The notes: generated by a model not told the origin, from the sequence alone. A DNA stretch of 43,213 nucleotides from Patescibacteria group bacterium (GCA_018818755.1 JAHIRL010000148.1:1-43213), one strand, 5' to 3'; counted from the first letter of the stretch, positions 1 through 9,613 are shown. Program-made: numbers and translations.

Positions 1-1383
1 ACATTGGTTTGGACCGTTGCTGATTTGCATTGTGTCAAAACAAACATCGGAGTTTACCCAGTTTGGTTGAGGATTTACTTCAAAAACTTTCAGGTTGCTT
101 ACATCGTTTTCATTTTCAATTCCCAGTGAAACAAGTTCAGCTTTTACCGGTCCGTTTCCTGTGTAGTAAATATCTCTGATGGGGAAAAAGTTTGAAATTG
201 GGGTGTATGCCACATTGGTACGGTTGTTGATATTAACTGCGGCCAGAGGCAGAATTCCAAAAAGTTTCGCATAAAATCTTCCCTCAGGGTCTTCGCTTGT
301 CCATTTGAATTGTTTTCCGTAACTATCAAGATAGTCTTCATCGTTTGTGAATGATAGTGATTCTATGTTCAGTTTGTGTAGCGGTTTGCCGTCTTTGTAG
401 TTGCCGGTAAATTCCCAGTTGGCATCAAGATTTGTACAGATGTTTTCCGGGGGAGTTTCGCGAACGATTTCGGCATCGAAGTAAACTAATCCGCTATAAC
501 GGAAACAGCCGGGAACTTCATCAAAGTGGAGCCACATCATGTTTTGATCGTAAACGCTGTTGGCGTTTGGGTTTACCCTTAGAGGATAGTTTGTTCCGCC
601 GGGATAATCTTCAATGGCTTCCAGACTGATTGTTGTCTGGTCTTTAATATAGTCTTCAAAATTTCGGCCCTGATCAAAATCCAGGTTTGGATTTTTTGTT
701 ACGATTAAAAAGGCGGAATCTTTTACTGGTTTTAGTTTTAGATTTGTATCACTTAATCTTACAACCATATCATCGCTGGCTGTTTTTGCGGGATCTCCCA
801 CTCGTCCATTGTCGGCTCTTGTAAAGATGTAGTCTCCTTCCCGGTAGTTTATAATTTTATTATTACTGTTTTTATATCTGTTGTTATCGGCGTAAATGAA
901 TCCTTTTGGACGGGCGATGTTTTCGTCGTAAATTGAATCTCTTAGATCCACTCCTATATATAGGTTGTCGGCGTTGGTGTTTGCAGATCCGATATTATCT
1001 CCGTCGTAGGGGTCGCTGGAATTGTTGTGAAAGTACATTAAAAATCGCACTTTGTCGCCTTCTACCAATGGATGGTTGGCTGTGGTTTCGTTGGCGTAGG
1101 CGTAGTTGCTATTGTCGCAGTTCGTTCCTTTTTCGCAAAGTTTTCCGGCCAAAAACTCCATTTCGTTGCTTGTCCCCAGATAGCCCATCAGGTAGCTGTT
1201 GTGGCTGAAGTTATTGAAGGTAGTGTAGTCGTAGCCCCTTACTCCATATTCGTATTGGGTTGAAGGTCTTGATGGAGTGTGATTTGAGGCGTAGGCCGCT
1301 TCCGCCGTGTTTTGGGTTGCGGATGTCGGCAAGAGCGAGAGGAGCGTTGCCAGAACTGTTGTTAGTGCTATTTTTACTTTCAT
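1..1383 (-). CDS. secreted hypothetical protein, truncated at its C-terminus by the window edge; absent from the supplied ORF track
   Basis: Manual translation of the minus strand from ATG 1383-1381 gives 461 sense codons with no stop down to base 1 (MKVKIALTTVLATLLSLLPTSATQNTAEAAYASNHTPSRPSTQYEYGVRGYDY...). It has a Sec-type signal peptide (basic n-region, hydrophobic core, AEA/AYA site) and an N/D/Y/T-rich mature part. Codons are A/C-ending as in other minus-strand genes. It starts 26 nt after the stop of the giant gene. Confidence 0.8.
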   Translation of the reverse strand, partial: MKVKIALTTVLATLLSLLPTSATQNTAEAAYASNHTPSRPSTQYEYGVRGYDYTTFNNFSHNSYLMGYLGTSNEMEFLAGKLCEKGTNCDNSNYAYANETTANHPLVEGDKVRFLMYFHNNSSDPYDGDNIGSANTNADNLYIGVDLRDSIYDENIARPKGFIYADNNRYKNSNNKIINYREGDYIFTRADNGRVGDPAKTASDDMVVRLSDTNLKLKPVKDSAFLIVTKNPNLDFDQGRNFEDYIKDQTTISLEAIEDYPGGTNYPLRVNPNANSVYDQNMMWLHFDEVPGCFRYSGLVYFDAEIVRETPPENICTNLDANWEFTGNYKDGKPLHKLNIESLSFTNDEDYLDSYGKQFKWTSEDPEGRFYAKLFGILPLAAVNINNRTNVAYTPISNFFPIRDIYYTGNGPVKAELVSLGIENENDVSNLKVFEVNPQPNWVNSDVCFDTMQISNGPNQC

Positions 1384-1409
1384 TTTATTTTGGTTATTTA
1401 TTTTAGTTT

Positions 1410-4400
1410 TTAGCGATCTGAAGCCGTTCCGGGGGCGACTTTGCCTGCGGTTGGCTTAAGCGGGCTTTTATCAATATTTTTGTCCACTTGTTTTGTTTGG
1501 GTTTCTTTTGCCTTACTTTTTCTTTTTACTCCGATTATCGCGAATAATCCGAAATCATCATTTTCCACCCCTTGTCCGATAATACTTTCGTCCACAAGTG
1601 TCATTTCTCCCGATACCGGTTTTTTGATGCGGATTGTTCCAAGGTCGTTCACGGCGAATGTTGCGTTTCCGCACTTTGAGTAAGCTCCGGATTTAACCGA
1701 TGATCTTCGCATGTCGATGCGTACTTTTAGTGATTTGTCCGGTGAATCCAATTCCAAAACTTGATTGTCGATTTGGGCCGCACGGATTTTATTTACTATT
1801 TGAATGAATTTTCTTAAACTTGCCTCGCTGTTTTGAGGGATTGGTTTGCCTTCTTGTATCGCCTCGACAGCTTTAAGTACATTTTCATAATCCTGACCTT
1901 TAAGCAGGTAGGATATTGCCGGTGTAGCGAGGAGTTTCTTTGCCAATGGGGATTCTTTGATGAATTTTTCCAGGTTTTTGGTTGGTAGCGGACTTCCCAT
2001 TTCGAAAAGAACTCTCATCAGATCTTTTGAAGTTTTGTCATTTCTAAGTAGGTTTTGTTTGTATTCGGTTTGGGAATATTCGAGGAATCCGTGTGCGTAG
2101 GGTAGGGAATCGGGTCTGCTTGAGCTGGCGTAATTTATAAATTTGGTCAATTGTGGTTTTGTTCTTGATCTGCGTGATCCGGAAACCAGGAAGGCTCCAC
2201 GCTCAATTTCATATACATCAAGGCTGAGGAAGCTTTTTGGCGGATCAAGATAATTTAGTTCATCAACATTAGTTATCAGATTATCGTAGATGTTGCTCAT
2301 AAGTTTTTCGGACATTGCTTCGGCTGTGCTTGTGATGCTTTGTCCTCTGGCTTTTAGTCTTTCTTTTGCTTCCTGCATGTGGATTGCAAATTCCGCTTTT
2401 TCATAATTTCGGCGACCTTTTAATCTTTTTAGCACTTCTCTATTTGCTGTTTTAATTTCTATTCTTTGTTTTGCGATCATTTCTCTTAGCGCTTTTATCT
2501 CTGGAGTATTGCCTCTTTTTGTCCATGCTCGTTTGAGGTAGCTTGAATATTCTCCGCTTACAGTGTCGTGAATGATTGCCTGATAGCTATTTGTGAGATA
2601 AATAACTTTGTTGCCGACAGTTCTTTTTGCTGTGATGAAACTGCCTTTTTCGAGTCCGGGCATGTTGAGAATTTCCTCATTTCCCGGTAGTTTTTGAGGA
2701 TATAGAGTTGTGAAGTATTTTACCGTTAGGTAGTTTTGGGCATTGTTTAAAAATACCTGTTTTTCCAGATCATTTAAGTTTGCGATCAAATCCGGCTGGG
2801 CGTCTTTGATATATTTTTCGATTAGTTGTAGAACCTGGATTGGGTCGTCTATGGCTGATCGAAGCGCTTTTTCAAATGTGATGTTTTCTATTTTGTAGTT
2901 GTAGACTGTGTCTAATTTTGCTTGAATTTCTGCTGTGCTTTTTGTTTTTTCTCTAAGTTGTTCAGCATTTTTACCATAGGAATGATCCTGAAGCACTTTT
3001 TCGATTATTTGTTTTTCATTTAGAAGGAAAACTTCCAGTTTAGGGAATGTGCGGGATATTTCATGTCTTTCTTCATATTGCCATCGTTGCAAAATCAGCG
3101 ATTTGCATTTTTTTCTTCTGATTTCAGGATTTTTTTCTTCCATGATCTTTTTGATCTTTTTCGCAAAATTTCCCTGATTCTCGATTGCCGCCAAAGCTCG
3201 AAGAATTTGTGCTGAATCTTTTCCTTCAATAACGATTGTTTCCGGATTTAAGGCTTTCCTCATTCTGCTAAACTGAACTGCGGATTGTAAATCTTTTTCC
3301 AGATTTGGTGTTTTTGCTTGTAGTTCAAGTTCGTTTTGTGAGAGGGTTCCCAGATTTGTTAGTTTTGGGTGATCTGATAATTGGTCCAATGTGCTTGTTT
3401 CCCACTTTTCTCCCGGGAATTTTCTGAGCATTTTGCTGGAATTTTTTTCTATCCAGCTTTCTGAGCGATCTCCTTTCACAGAACTTCTTTTTCTGATGTA
3501 GATAGTGCTTTGCAGGTTTGATGTTCCGCTGGCCATTGGCCTGTTGAATTCAATATTCTTTCTGGTGATTACAAGATCGGATAATTGTCCGGTGATGTAT
3601 ATTTTTCCATCTGTCGGATTTAGGCGGACGCTTGCATTTTTAAGTTCTGGGTCGATATAAATCTGAACGACTTTATCGTCGGCGTCTTCTACAATCAGTT
3701 CGTGTGATTTTCCTGCCGGTTTGATTCCTACCCGTACATTTTCGAAGGCATCGTTGTAGGTGTCGATTGTACCTTTTTCTCTTAGTAGTTCGCTTTCTGT
3801 TGCGCTTGTTATTACTCCGACATCACCGTTTGTACTGAGGTAGGCGTTTGTGCCAAGTTTCCACTCGTTTAGGCCGATGCCTTTTTCCATATTTTCGATT
3901 TTTGCCTGCATTTGTTCGTGCAGATTTCTTTTTGTTGCCTGGTTTAGGACTTTTATTTTGGCACTTCTTTTTGGAATGAATATTTGTCTTTGGTTTGTTT
4001 TTATGAGGATTCCGGCAAGACCGATTGGCATCAGGTGATATTGCTGAGCAAGGGCAAAGGCGATCATTACGCCGATTCCAACAGACATTCCCGGAACAAT
4101 ATCATCCCAGGTGAAGTCTTTTTGGACCTGATTTTGTTGGAGTTTTTCTTTGTACATTGTCAGCATTTTGAAGAAGATGCTGTATTTTTCGGTTTCTGAG
4201 AGTTTGGGATCATTGAAAAATTCCGGCATTTCGTCCGCGAGGTCTTTTAAAATTGCATCCACTTTTGGAATGGATTTTATTTTTTGCATTTTTTCTTTCG
4301 GACTTAGGCTTTGTTCTTGGTCAAGGTATTCCCATAATTCTTTGAGTCCGACTTTTTGAGAAATTTCTTCTTCTCTGGTTCTAAATCTTGCCCGCTGAAC

Positions 4401-7400
4401 TTTGTTTCCCCAGTTAATGTTTAGTCCCACTCCCGGAAGTCCTCCTTTTGCGGTCCAGTCGATTCCGAAGAAAACCGTTCCGGATAAATCCACTCCGTCA
4501 ACATCGCCTCCGATTGTGGTTCCAAGTCCGGCTCCAAGTGTGGAAACTGCCGGTGTTGTTGTCCAGTAAACATTATCATTTTTTAGTAGTGTGATTGTAA
4601 GTCCGATTCCGGCCGCCACATTGGCGGTATGTTTTGCATCTTTGTCGTAACCCAGACTTAACTGTAGTGAGAATCCTTCGCCGAGAGGGATGTTTGCGCC
4701 GCCCCCGGCTCCTTTAAATTTGCCGTTTTCCATGCGGATATAGGCCATTGCTTGTAGGTTTCTGATGGCTTTTTCTACCACAGCTTTGGGCACGCCTTTG
4801 GAGATTAGTTCTGATTGCATTTTGGCTAGTGGCTCAGGAAGTCTTTTTCCCAATATTTCTGCCAGCTTCCTTTCTCCTTCACGATTTTGTAGTTCTTGTT
4901 TTTTCATTTCGCTGACCATGAAGCCAACTTTTAGGTAGTTTTTTGCGTTTGGATCGTTTTTTAGAGCGTTGAAGTAATTGTTAATTTCTGTTTGTGAGTT
5001 CGCAGAAAATTTTGGCAGGTTTAGTTGAGGAAAATCCTTTGTTTCTGCAGTTTCTGCACCGTGTTTTTTTTGCATTATTAGGATTTGTCGTCCCATTTTC
5101 ATTAGTTTTGTGATTCTGTTGTGGAGGTTCTCCATGTTGATTGGTCTTTTTTGTCCTTCTGCGCTTGGTATTGATTCTCCGCAAATTCCTTTTTCGTTCA
5201 GGAGTTTTAGTAAGGCCGAATCTCCATGGTAGTATTTTGTAAATTCGTCTCTGGTCATTACGGATTTTTTGCCGTTGAGATCGATCATTGTTAGTTTGTT
5301 CGGATCTGTATTACTTGCGCTTAGCAATCCGGTGAATGAATCCCAGGGATCTACTTTGCCGGTTTCTGTGAAAACATCGTGCAAGTTATCGATCACTGAG
5401 TCCTGATTGATTCCTTTGTATCCGGCATATAGTTGCGTTCCTTCCGGAGCTTCGGCGTAGCTAAGAGTTTTTAGTGCATCTAAAAGCTCAAAGGTTTTGA
5501 GGATCAATGGTTTCATTTTTTCATATTTTGCTCTTTCGTTTTTTGTTAATTCGATATTTCCTATTACTTTTGTGTGTAATTTTTTAAATTCTTCAACCAG
5601 TTTACTGCGGTGTTTTACTTCCGCTGCGTCGTAGTCTGTTTCGGTCAGTGTCTCTGTTCCTATCGCCTTTACATATTTTTCATCCAGGATTCTTGTAAAT
5701 GTTTTGGTGTTGATAAAGTCGTTGAAGTCTATTCTGTTGTTTCTTCCTTCACTTAAAAATTGAGCAACAAAGTTGGCGGCGTGGGTGGAGTCTATGCAGG
5801 TGAAAGGTTCTGAGGTGAGAATCCTTGTGACCGCTTCTGAGTTTTTGAAATAGATGTAGTTTTTGGCGATGTCTTCTTCGGCGTGTCTTGTGTGAACAAG
5901 ATGGGTGTGTCCGAAGGATTGATCCAGTGTGAAAACTTCTTCGGTGTAGTTTTCGAATTTTTTGTTTAGGTATTCATTTTCTTTTTGGGTTCTTTTGTTT
6001 TCTCTCTGTTTTTCGAAGGAGAGAGTTTTTCTTTTTTCTGTGAATTTTTCCAGATCTTGCACAGTTCTTTCTGCCGGAGTCTTTTTTGATCTTTGTGTTT
6101 CAAAAACTTTTTGTTTCACATCATCCGGCAAAAATGGCATGTTTAGGGTGATTCCGGAGTTGATTTGGTTTTGATTGATTGTGGGGTTGTTGTTGGCTTT
6201 TTTAAATTCTTCAAGACTGAAAGGGTTTTCTTTGTTTCCCCAGACTGTTTTTAGTTCTTTATAAACTTCTTTGATGCTTGTCTTTTTGCTTGTTGTGGCT
6301 ATTCCATTTTGTACTTTTGCATGGTTGAGATTGCGATTTCCCAGTGTGGCCTCAGCTATTTTTTTGTTTGCGATGGCCGAAATTCTGCTTTTTGACAGTT
6401 CGCCACTTTCGCTAACTTGTTTTTCCAGTTTGGTGATTCTTAAAATCAGTTCGGCATTGGATTTTCTAAAATTGCGAATATTGTATTGATTTTGATTGAT
6501 GCTGTTGTCATCGATGATTATCTGTAAAAGGTTTTGATAAACATTTAATCTAACTTTTTCGAGCAAAGTATGAATTGATTTGTTTTGATTCTCTGAGCTT
6601 TTCATGATTGTGTTGAGGAATTGCTCAGCTTTTGATTTGTTGAAACTTCTTTTTGTTGTACCTGGAGTGTTTTGAGGGGGGATATGAAACACGATTGATT
6701 CTCCTTCGAGAATAAAACCGGCGGCCTCAAGTTTTGTATCGGCTTTCATCAGTTCGAAGAAACTGCGCCCCATTTTGTCATTTGCTGAGGTATCGAGAAG
6801 TTGATGAAGGAGAATTTGCTTATTTTTTAGGCCTTCGGAAATGTTTTCGATTTTGATAATTCTGCTGTCCAATGCTTTTAGAATTCTTTTTGTGCTAAAT
6901 TTTTCGAGGTCTATTGTGGCAATTTTGGATTTAAATTTTTGTTTGAGAATTTTTTGAACTTCTCCGGCGGGGGACTCTTCTTTGAACAGAAGGTGCAGGT
7001 CGAAAATTGTGTTTGTGCTTAGCTTTTCAACCAGATTGCCTTTAGTGAAATCTTTGGGGCCTAAAATGTTTTGGTTGTATAGCTCGTGGATAGCTTTTGC
7101 TGAAAACCTGTTTGCGTAGTTTGTTAGTGCAGATGAAATAATTTCTGTTTTGATGTGATTGGCGATGTATTTTGAGAGTTTTTTTTCTCTTTCGCTTCCT
7201 CCTCTAAGTTCTTTTATCACTTCCAGAAGATCGGATAGGCGGGTTGGACTAACGAGAACTGTGTTGAGTAGTTTTTTTTGTTGTTCTTGTTTTTGGATTT
7301 TCTTCAAAAGAGTTTTTATGCTCTCTTTGCCTAGTTGAACTGCATTGATTGGTCCGCTTGGATTGATTTTTTCGAATACTTTTGAGCTTAAGTTGAATTT

Positions 7401-7724
7401 TTCAGCTTTTTGCAGAATTGTGTAAAAGTCTCTTTCGTTGAGATTTTTTAGTTTTATTTCCTGGTGAGAGTTAAGGCCTCGACCGCTTATTTTTTCTTTG
7501 TCGAGGAAGATTTTTAGTTGTTCTTTTGTTTTTAAGTTGGCGATTACAAATTCGGCGGCGGTTTGTTTTAGGGCTTCTTTGGCTGTTTCTCCAGTTTCAA
7601 TTCGACGCTTTTGTCTTTGCCTTTCTTTTAGGACTTCTCTGTTTTTGTTTATTTTGTTTTCTAGTTCACGGTTTATATCCAGTGAAGGTTTTGATTCAGG
7701 GTGTTTGTTTTGTTTGTGAGGCAT
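1410..7724 (-). CDS. giant hypothetical protein (2104 aa), ORFan
   Basis: Uninterrupted 6.3-kb ORF with ATG start and a consensus promoter 28 nt upstream. The N-terminal ~1000 aa are K/E/Q/N-rich and look helical. There is a Gly-rich amphipathic segment at aa 1005-1108 (nt 4401-4712) and a hydrophobic segment at aa 1213-1242 (nt 3999-4088). No signal peptide, and no P-loop or HExxH motif found by eye. Confidence 0.85.
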   Translation of the reverse strand: MPHKQNKHPESKPSLDINRELENKINKNREVLKERQRQKRRIETGETAKEALKQTAAEFVIANLKTKEQLKIFLDKEKISGRGLNSHQEIKLKNLNERDFYTILQKAEKFNLSSKVFEKINPSGPINAVQLGKESIKTLLKKIQKQEQQKKLLNTVLVSPTRLSDLLEVIKELRGGSEREKKLSKYIANHIKTEIISSALTNYANRFSAKAIHELYNQNILGPKDFTKGNLVEKLSTNTIFDLHLLFKEESPAGEVQKILKQKFKSKIATIDLEKFSTKRILKALDSRIIKIENISEGLKNKQILLHQLLDTSANDKMGRSFFELMKADTKLEAAGFILEGESIVFHIPPQNTPGTTKRSFNKSKAEQFLNTIMKSSENQNKSIHTLLEKVRLNVYQNLLQIIIDDNSINQNQYNIRNFRKSNAELILRITKLEKQVSESGELSKSRISAIANKKIAEATLGNRNLNHAKVQNGIATTSKKTSIKEVYKELKTVWGNKENPFSLEEFKKANNNPTINQNQINSGITLNMPFLPDDVKQKVFETQRSKKTPAERTVQDLEKFTEKRKTLSFEKQRENKRTQKENEYLNKKFENYTEEVFTLDQSFGHTHLVHTRHAEEDIAKNYIYFKNSEAVTRILTSEPFTCIDSTHAANFVAQFLSEGRNNRIDFNDFINTKTFTRILDEKYVKAIGTETLTETDYDAAEVKHRSKLVEEFKKLHTKVIGNIELTKNERAKYEKMKPLILKTFELLDALKTLSYAEAPEGTQLYAGYKGINQDSVIDNLHDVFTETGKVDPWDSFTGLLSASNTDPNKLTMIDLNGKKSVMTRDEFTKYYHGDSALLKLLNEKGICGESIPSAEGQKRPINMENLHNRITKLMKMGRQILIMQKKHGAETAETKDFPQLNLPKFSANSQTEINNYFNALKNDPNAKNYLKVGFMVSEMKKQELQNREGERKLAEILGKRLPEPLAKMQSELISKGVPKAVVEKAIRNLQAMAYIRMENGKFKGAGGGANIPLGEGFSLQLSLGYDKDAKHTANVAAGIGLTITLLKNDNVYWTTTPAVSTLGAGLGTTIGGDVDGVDLSGTVFFGIDWTAKGGLPGVGLNINWGNKVQRARFRTREEEISQKVGLKELWEYLDQEQSLSPKEKMQKIKSIPKVDAILKDLADEMPEFFNDPKLSETEKYSIFFKMLTMYKEKLQQNQVQKDFTWDDIVPGMSVGIGVMIAFALAQQYHLMPIGLAGILIKTNQRQIFIPKRSAKIKVLNQATKRNLHEQMQAKIENMEKGIGLNEWKLGTNAYLSTNGDVGVITSATESELLREKGTIDTYNDAFENVRVGIKPAGKSHELIVEDADDKVVQIYIDPELKNASVRLNPTDGKIYITGQLSDLVITRKNIEFNRPMASGTSNLQSTIYIRKRSSVKGDRSESWIEKNSSKMLRKFPGEKWETSTLDQLSDHPKLTNLGTLSQNELELQAKTPNLEKDLQSAVQFSRMRKALNPETIVIEGKDSAQILRALAAIENQGNFAKKIKKIMEEKNPEIRRKKCKSLILQRWQYEERHEISRTFPKLEVFLLNEKQIIEKVLQDHSYGKNAEQLREKTKSTAEIQAKLDTVYNYKIENITFEKALRSAIDDPIQVLQLIEKYIKDAQPDLIANLNDLEKQVFLNNAQNYLTVKYFTTLYPQKLPGNEEILNMPGLEKGSFITAKRTVGNKVIYLTNSYQAIIHDTVSGEYSSYLKRAWTKRGNTPEIKALREMIAKQRIEIKTANREVLKRLKGRRNYEKAEFAIHMQEAKERLKARGQSITSTAEAMSEKLMSNIYDNLITNVDELNYLDPPKSFLSLDVYEIERGAFLVSGSRRSRTKPQLTKFINYASSSRPDSLPYAHGFLEYSQTEYKQNLLRNDKTSKDLMRVLFEMGSPLPTKNLEKFIKESPLAKKLLATPAISYLLKGQDYENVLKAVEAIQEGKPIPQNSEASLRKFIQIVNKIRAAQIDNQVLELDSPDKSLKVRIDMRRSSVKSGAYSKCGNATFAVNDLGTIRIKKPVSGEMTLVDESIIGQGVENDDFGLFAIIGVKRKSKAKETQTKQVDKNIDKSPLKPTAGKVAPGTASDR

Positions 7725-7751
7725 CGGGGCTGTTGTAATAAAAATCTTATT

Positions 7752-7780
7752 ATTATAGCAAAAAATCGCCTATTGGTCAA
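7752..7780 (-). promoter_or_regulatory. sigma70-type promoter of the giant gene: TTGACC-N17-TATAAT
   Basis: Minus strand reads TTGACC (7780-7775), a 17-nt spacer, then TATAAT (7757-7752). The -10 ends 28 nt upstream of the ATG at 7724. Confidence 0.65.
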
Positions 7781-7836
7781 TTTATAATAAAGTGGAAAAT
7801 CTATATTCTGAATGATGAAAATTTAATCTTCAAATT

Positions 7837-8508
7837 ATGGAACTTCCAACAATTATCGTTAATTTTAAAAACTATGAGCAAGCCACTGGTGATAAAGCTG
7901 TTGAGCTTGCAAAAATTCACGAGCGTGTGGCTCAGGAGAGTGGTGTTAGCATTGCTGTTGCGGTTACTGCTTTGGATTTGGGGAGGGTTTGTAGGGCTGT
8001 TTCGATTCCGGTTTTTGCCCAGCATATTGACACTGTTAGGTATGGAAGTGGTACGGGGAAGGTTTTGGCGGAGTTGGTGAAGGAGTATGGGGCCTATGGA
8101 ACTTTATTGAATCATGCTGAATGTGGGCTTGAGGATATGGTTTTGGAGGAAAGTATTGCGAGGGCCAAGGAGGCCGGTTTGTATGTGGTGGCTTGCGCGA
8201 ATACCGCTGAGAAAGCCGCTGAAATTGTGGAAATGAAGCCGGATCTTGTGGCGGTTGAGCCACCGGATTTGATTGGAGGGGATGTGTCTGTATCCAAGGC
8301 GGATCCGAAAATTATTGAGGAAAGTGTGAAATTGGTTGGCGAAAACAGGGTGCTTGTGGGAGCGGGTGTAAAAAATGCGGAGGATGTGAGGATTGCTCTT
8401 GAGCTTGGGGCTGTTGGAGTGCTTTTGGCTTCCGGCGTTACTAAAGCGGATGATCCGTATTCTGTTCTTTTGGATCTTTGTTCAGGGCTAGCGTTAAAAT
8501 CAGAATAA
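7837..8508 (+). CDS. tpiA: triosephosphate isomerase, archaeal-type short form (223 aa)
   Basis: NFKNY near the N-terminus, LLNHAE, VAVEPPDLIGG (archaeal EPPELIG-type catalytic-Glu motif rather than bacterial AYEPVWAIGTG), GAGV, LLASGV. Length is about 225 aa, not about 250. Confidence 0.9.
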   Translation: MELPTIIVNFKNYEQATGDKAVELAKIHERVAQESGVSIAVAVTALDLGRVCRAVSIPVFAQHIDTVRYGSGTGKVLAELVKEYGAYGTLLNHAECGLEDMVLEESIARAKEAGLYVVACANTAEKAAEIVEMKPDLVAVEPPDLIGGDVSVSKADPKIIEESVKLVGENRVLVGAGVKNAEDVRIALELGAVGVLLASGVTKADDPYSVLLDLCSGLALKSE

Positions 8509-9613
8509 ATAAAATCATTAGGTCATTTTTGAAGAGAGGGGTGTCTATTAGGCCGTGGATGAGGAAATAGAGGGCAATGAAAAGTGTTGTTGAAGGATGG
8601 CTGGTTTTTTTGATGCCCGTATAGATTAGGTAGAGTAGGAAAATTAGGCCGGGGAATCCAAATTGGAAGTAAAAAAGAAGAAAAATGTTGTGGGGTTGGA
8701 GAACGATTAAGTCGAGGGGGGGGCGATTGAGAATTTCTTGGGCGTTGGCGGCATAATGGCTTTGAAATTGTCCTAAACCAAGTCCTGTTACAAGGTTTTC
8801 TTTTAGTAGTTGAGTGGATACCTGCCAGATCTCTCCGCGTTCATCCAGGCTGGAATAGTTGGTTTGGATGGTTGGCAAGATTTTTGTATAAAAAATTAGT
8901 GCGGAGATGAGGATGGCTCCGGTTATGATCAGGTATTTTGGTGTTTTTGTTTTGAACCTTTGTTGAGTAAAAAAATAGATCGCTATTGTGGCGAAGGAGC
9001 CGCCAATTGCTCCCATGGAGCGAGTAAATGCAATTAGGATTGCCAATAATATTGCGTAGATGAGATATTGTTTTTTGTGATCTCTGGTACAGCGAAATAG
9101 GAAAAACAGCATGAATGGTGTGAGGTAGAAGGCTAGATATACTGCTGAATCTAGGGGACCAAGTAATCGAAAATCGTGAGTGATGTTGTAGCCCATCAGG
9201 TTGTATACGGCTGAAAATATTCCAAATACCAAAGCTCCTTTTCCCGCGATTTCGAAGGCTTTGATCTTTTCTTCTTTTGTGCGGAAAACTTCAAAAAACA
9301 TCAATACCAAAGCTATTGCGAAGAATAGAAATTTAAGGTGGCGGATTAAATCCAGATTGTTAATGATTTGATTTGTGGCAATTGTAAAAATACTTAAGCC
9401 TACAAAACCCCAAATTACCCAATATTTTTTCAATTCCCTAATGCTTTTCAAGAGTCGTCCTTCTTTTATTGTCCAGGCAAAACAAGATAATGCCGCTATG
9501 CCAATTAGTATTTCCTGTAAATTTGTTGGATATGAGCCCAGACTGAAGCGAATCAGATAGGACTGCAGAAAAAAGAAATTTATGTAGAGTAGGATTTGGG
9601 TGAGATTTTTCAT
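8441..9613 (-). CDS. O-antigen ligase/polymerase-like (Wzy_C-type) polytopic membrane protein
   Basis: 390 aa with about 10 or more hydrophobic segments. The AFTRSMGAIGG segment resembles the Wzy_C loop motif. Assignment rests on topology and a weak motif only. Confidence 0.55.
   Translation of the reverse strand: MKNLTQILLYINFFFLQSYLIRFSLGSYPTNLQEILIGIAALSCFAWTIKEGRLLKSIRELKKYWVIWGFVGLSIFTIATNQIINNLDLIRHLKFLFFAIALVLMFFEVFRTKEEKIKAFEIAGKGALVFGIFSAVYNLMGYNITHDFRLLGPLDSAVYLAFYLTPFMLFFLFRCTRDHKKQYLIYAILLAILIAFTRSMGAIGGSFATIAIYFFTQQRFKTKTPKYLIITGAILISALIFYTKILPTIQTNYSSLDERGEIWQVSTQLLKENLVTGLGLGQFQSHYAANAQEILNRPPLDLIVLQPHNIFLLFYFQFGFPGLIFLLYLIYTGIKKTSHPSTTLFIALYFLIHGLIDTPLFKNDLMILFILILTLALNKDPKEQNTDHPL

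Noticed and set aside
144-1263. Track ORFs 144..341(-), 432..629(+), 906..1208(+) and 1072..1263(+) as genes.
   Set aside because: All lie inside, and out of frame with or antisense to, the uninterrupted 461-codon minus-strand frame 1..1383, which has a signal peptide and coherent codon usage. Their translations are low-complexity (R/C/W-rich).
7783-7788. The TATAAT hexamer 49 nt upstream of tpiA as its promoter.
   Set aside because: No acceptable -35 (the sequence there is AAAAAA) or TG extension lies at the proper distance. In an A/T-rich spacer a lone TATAAT is weak evidence. The tpiA promoter remains unassigned.
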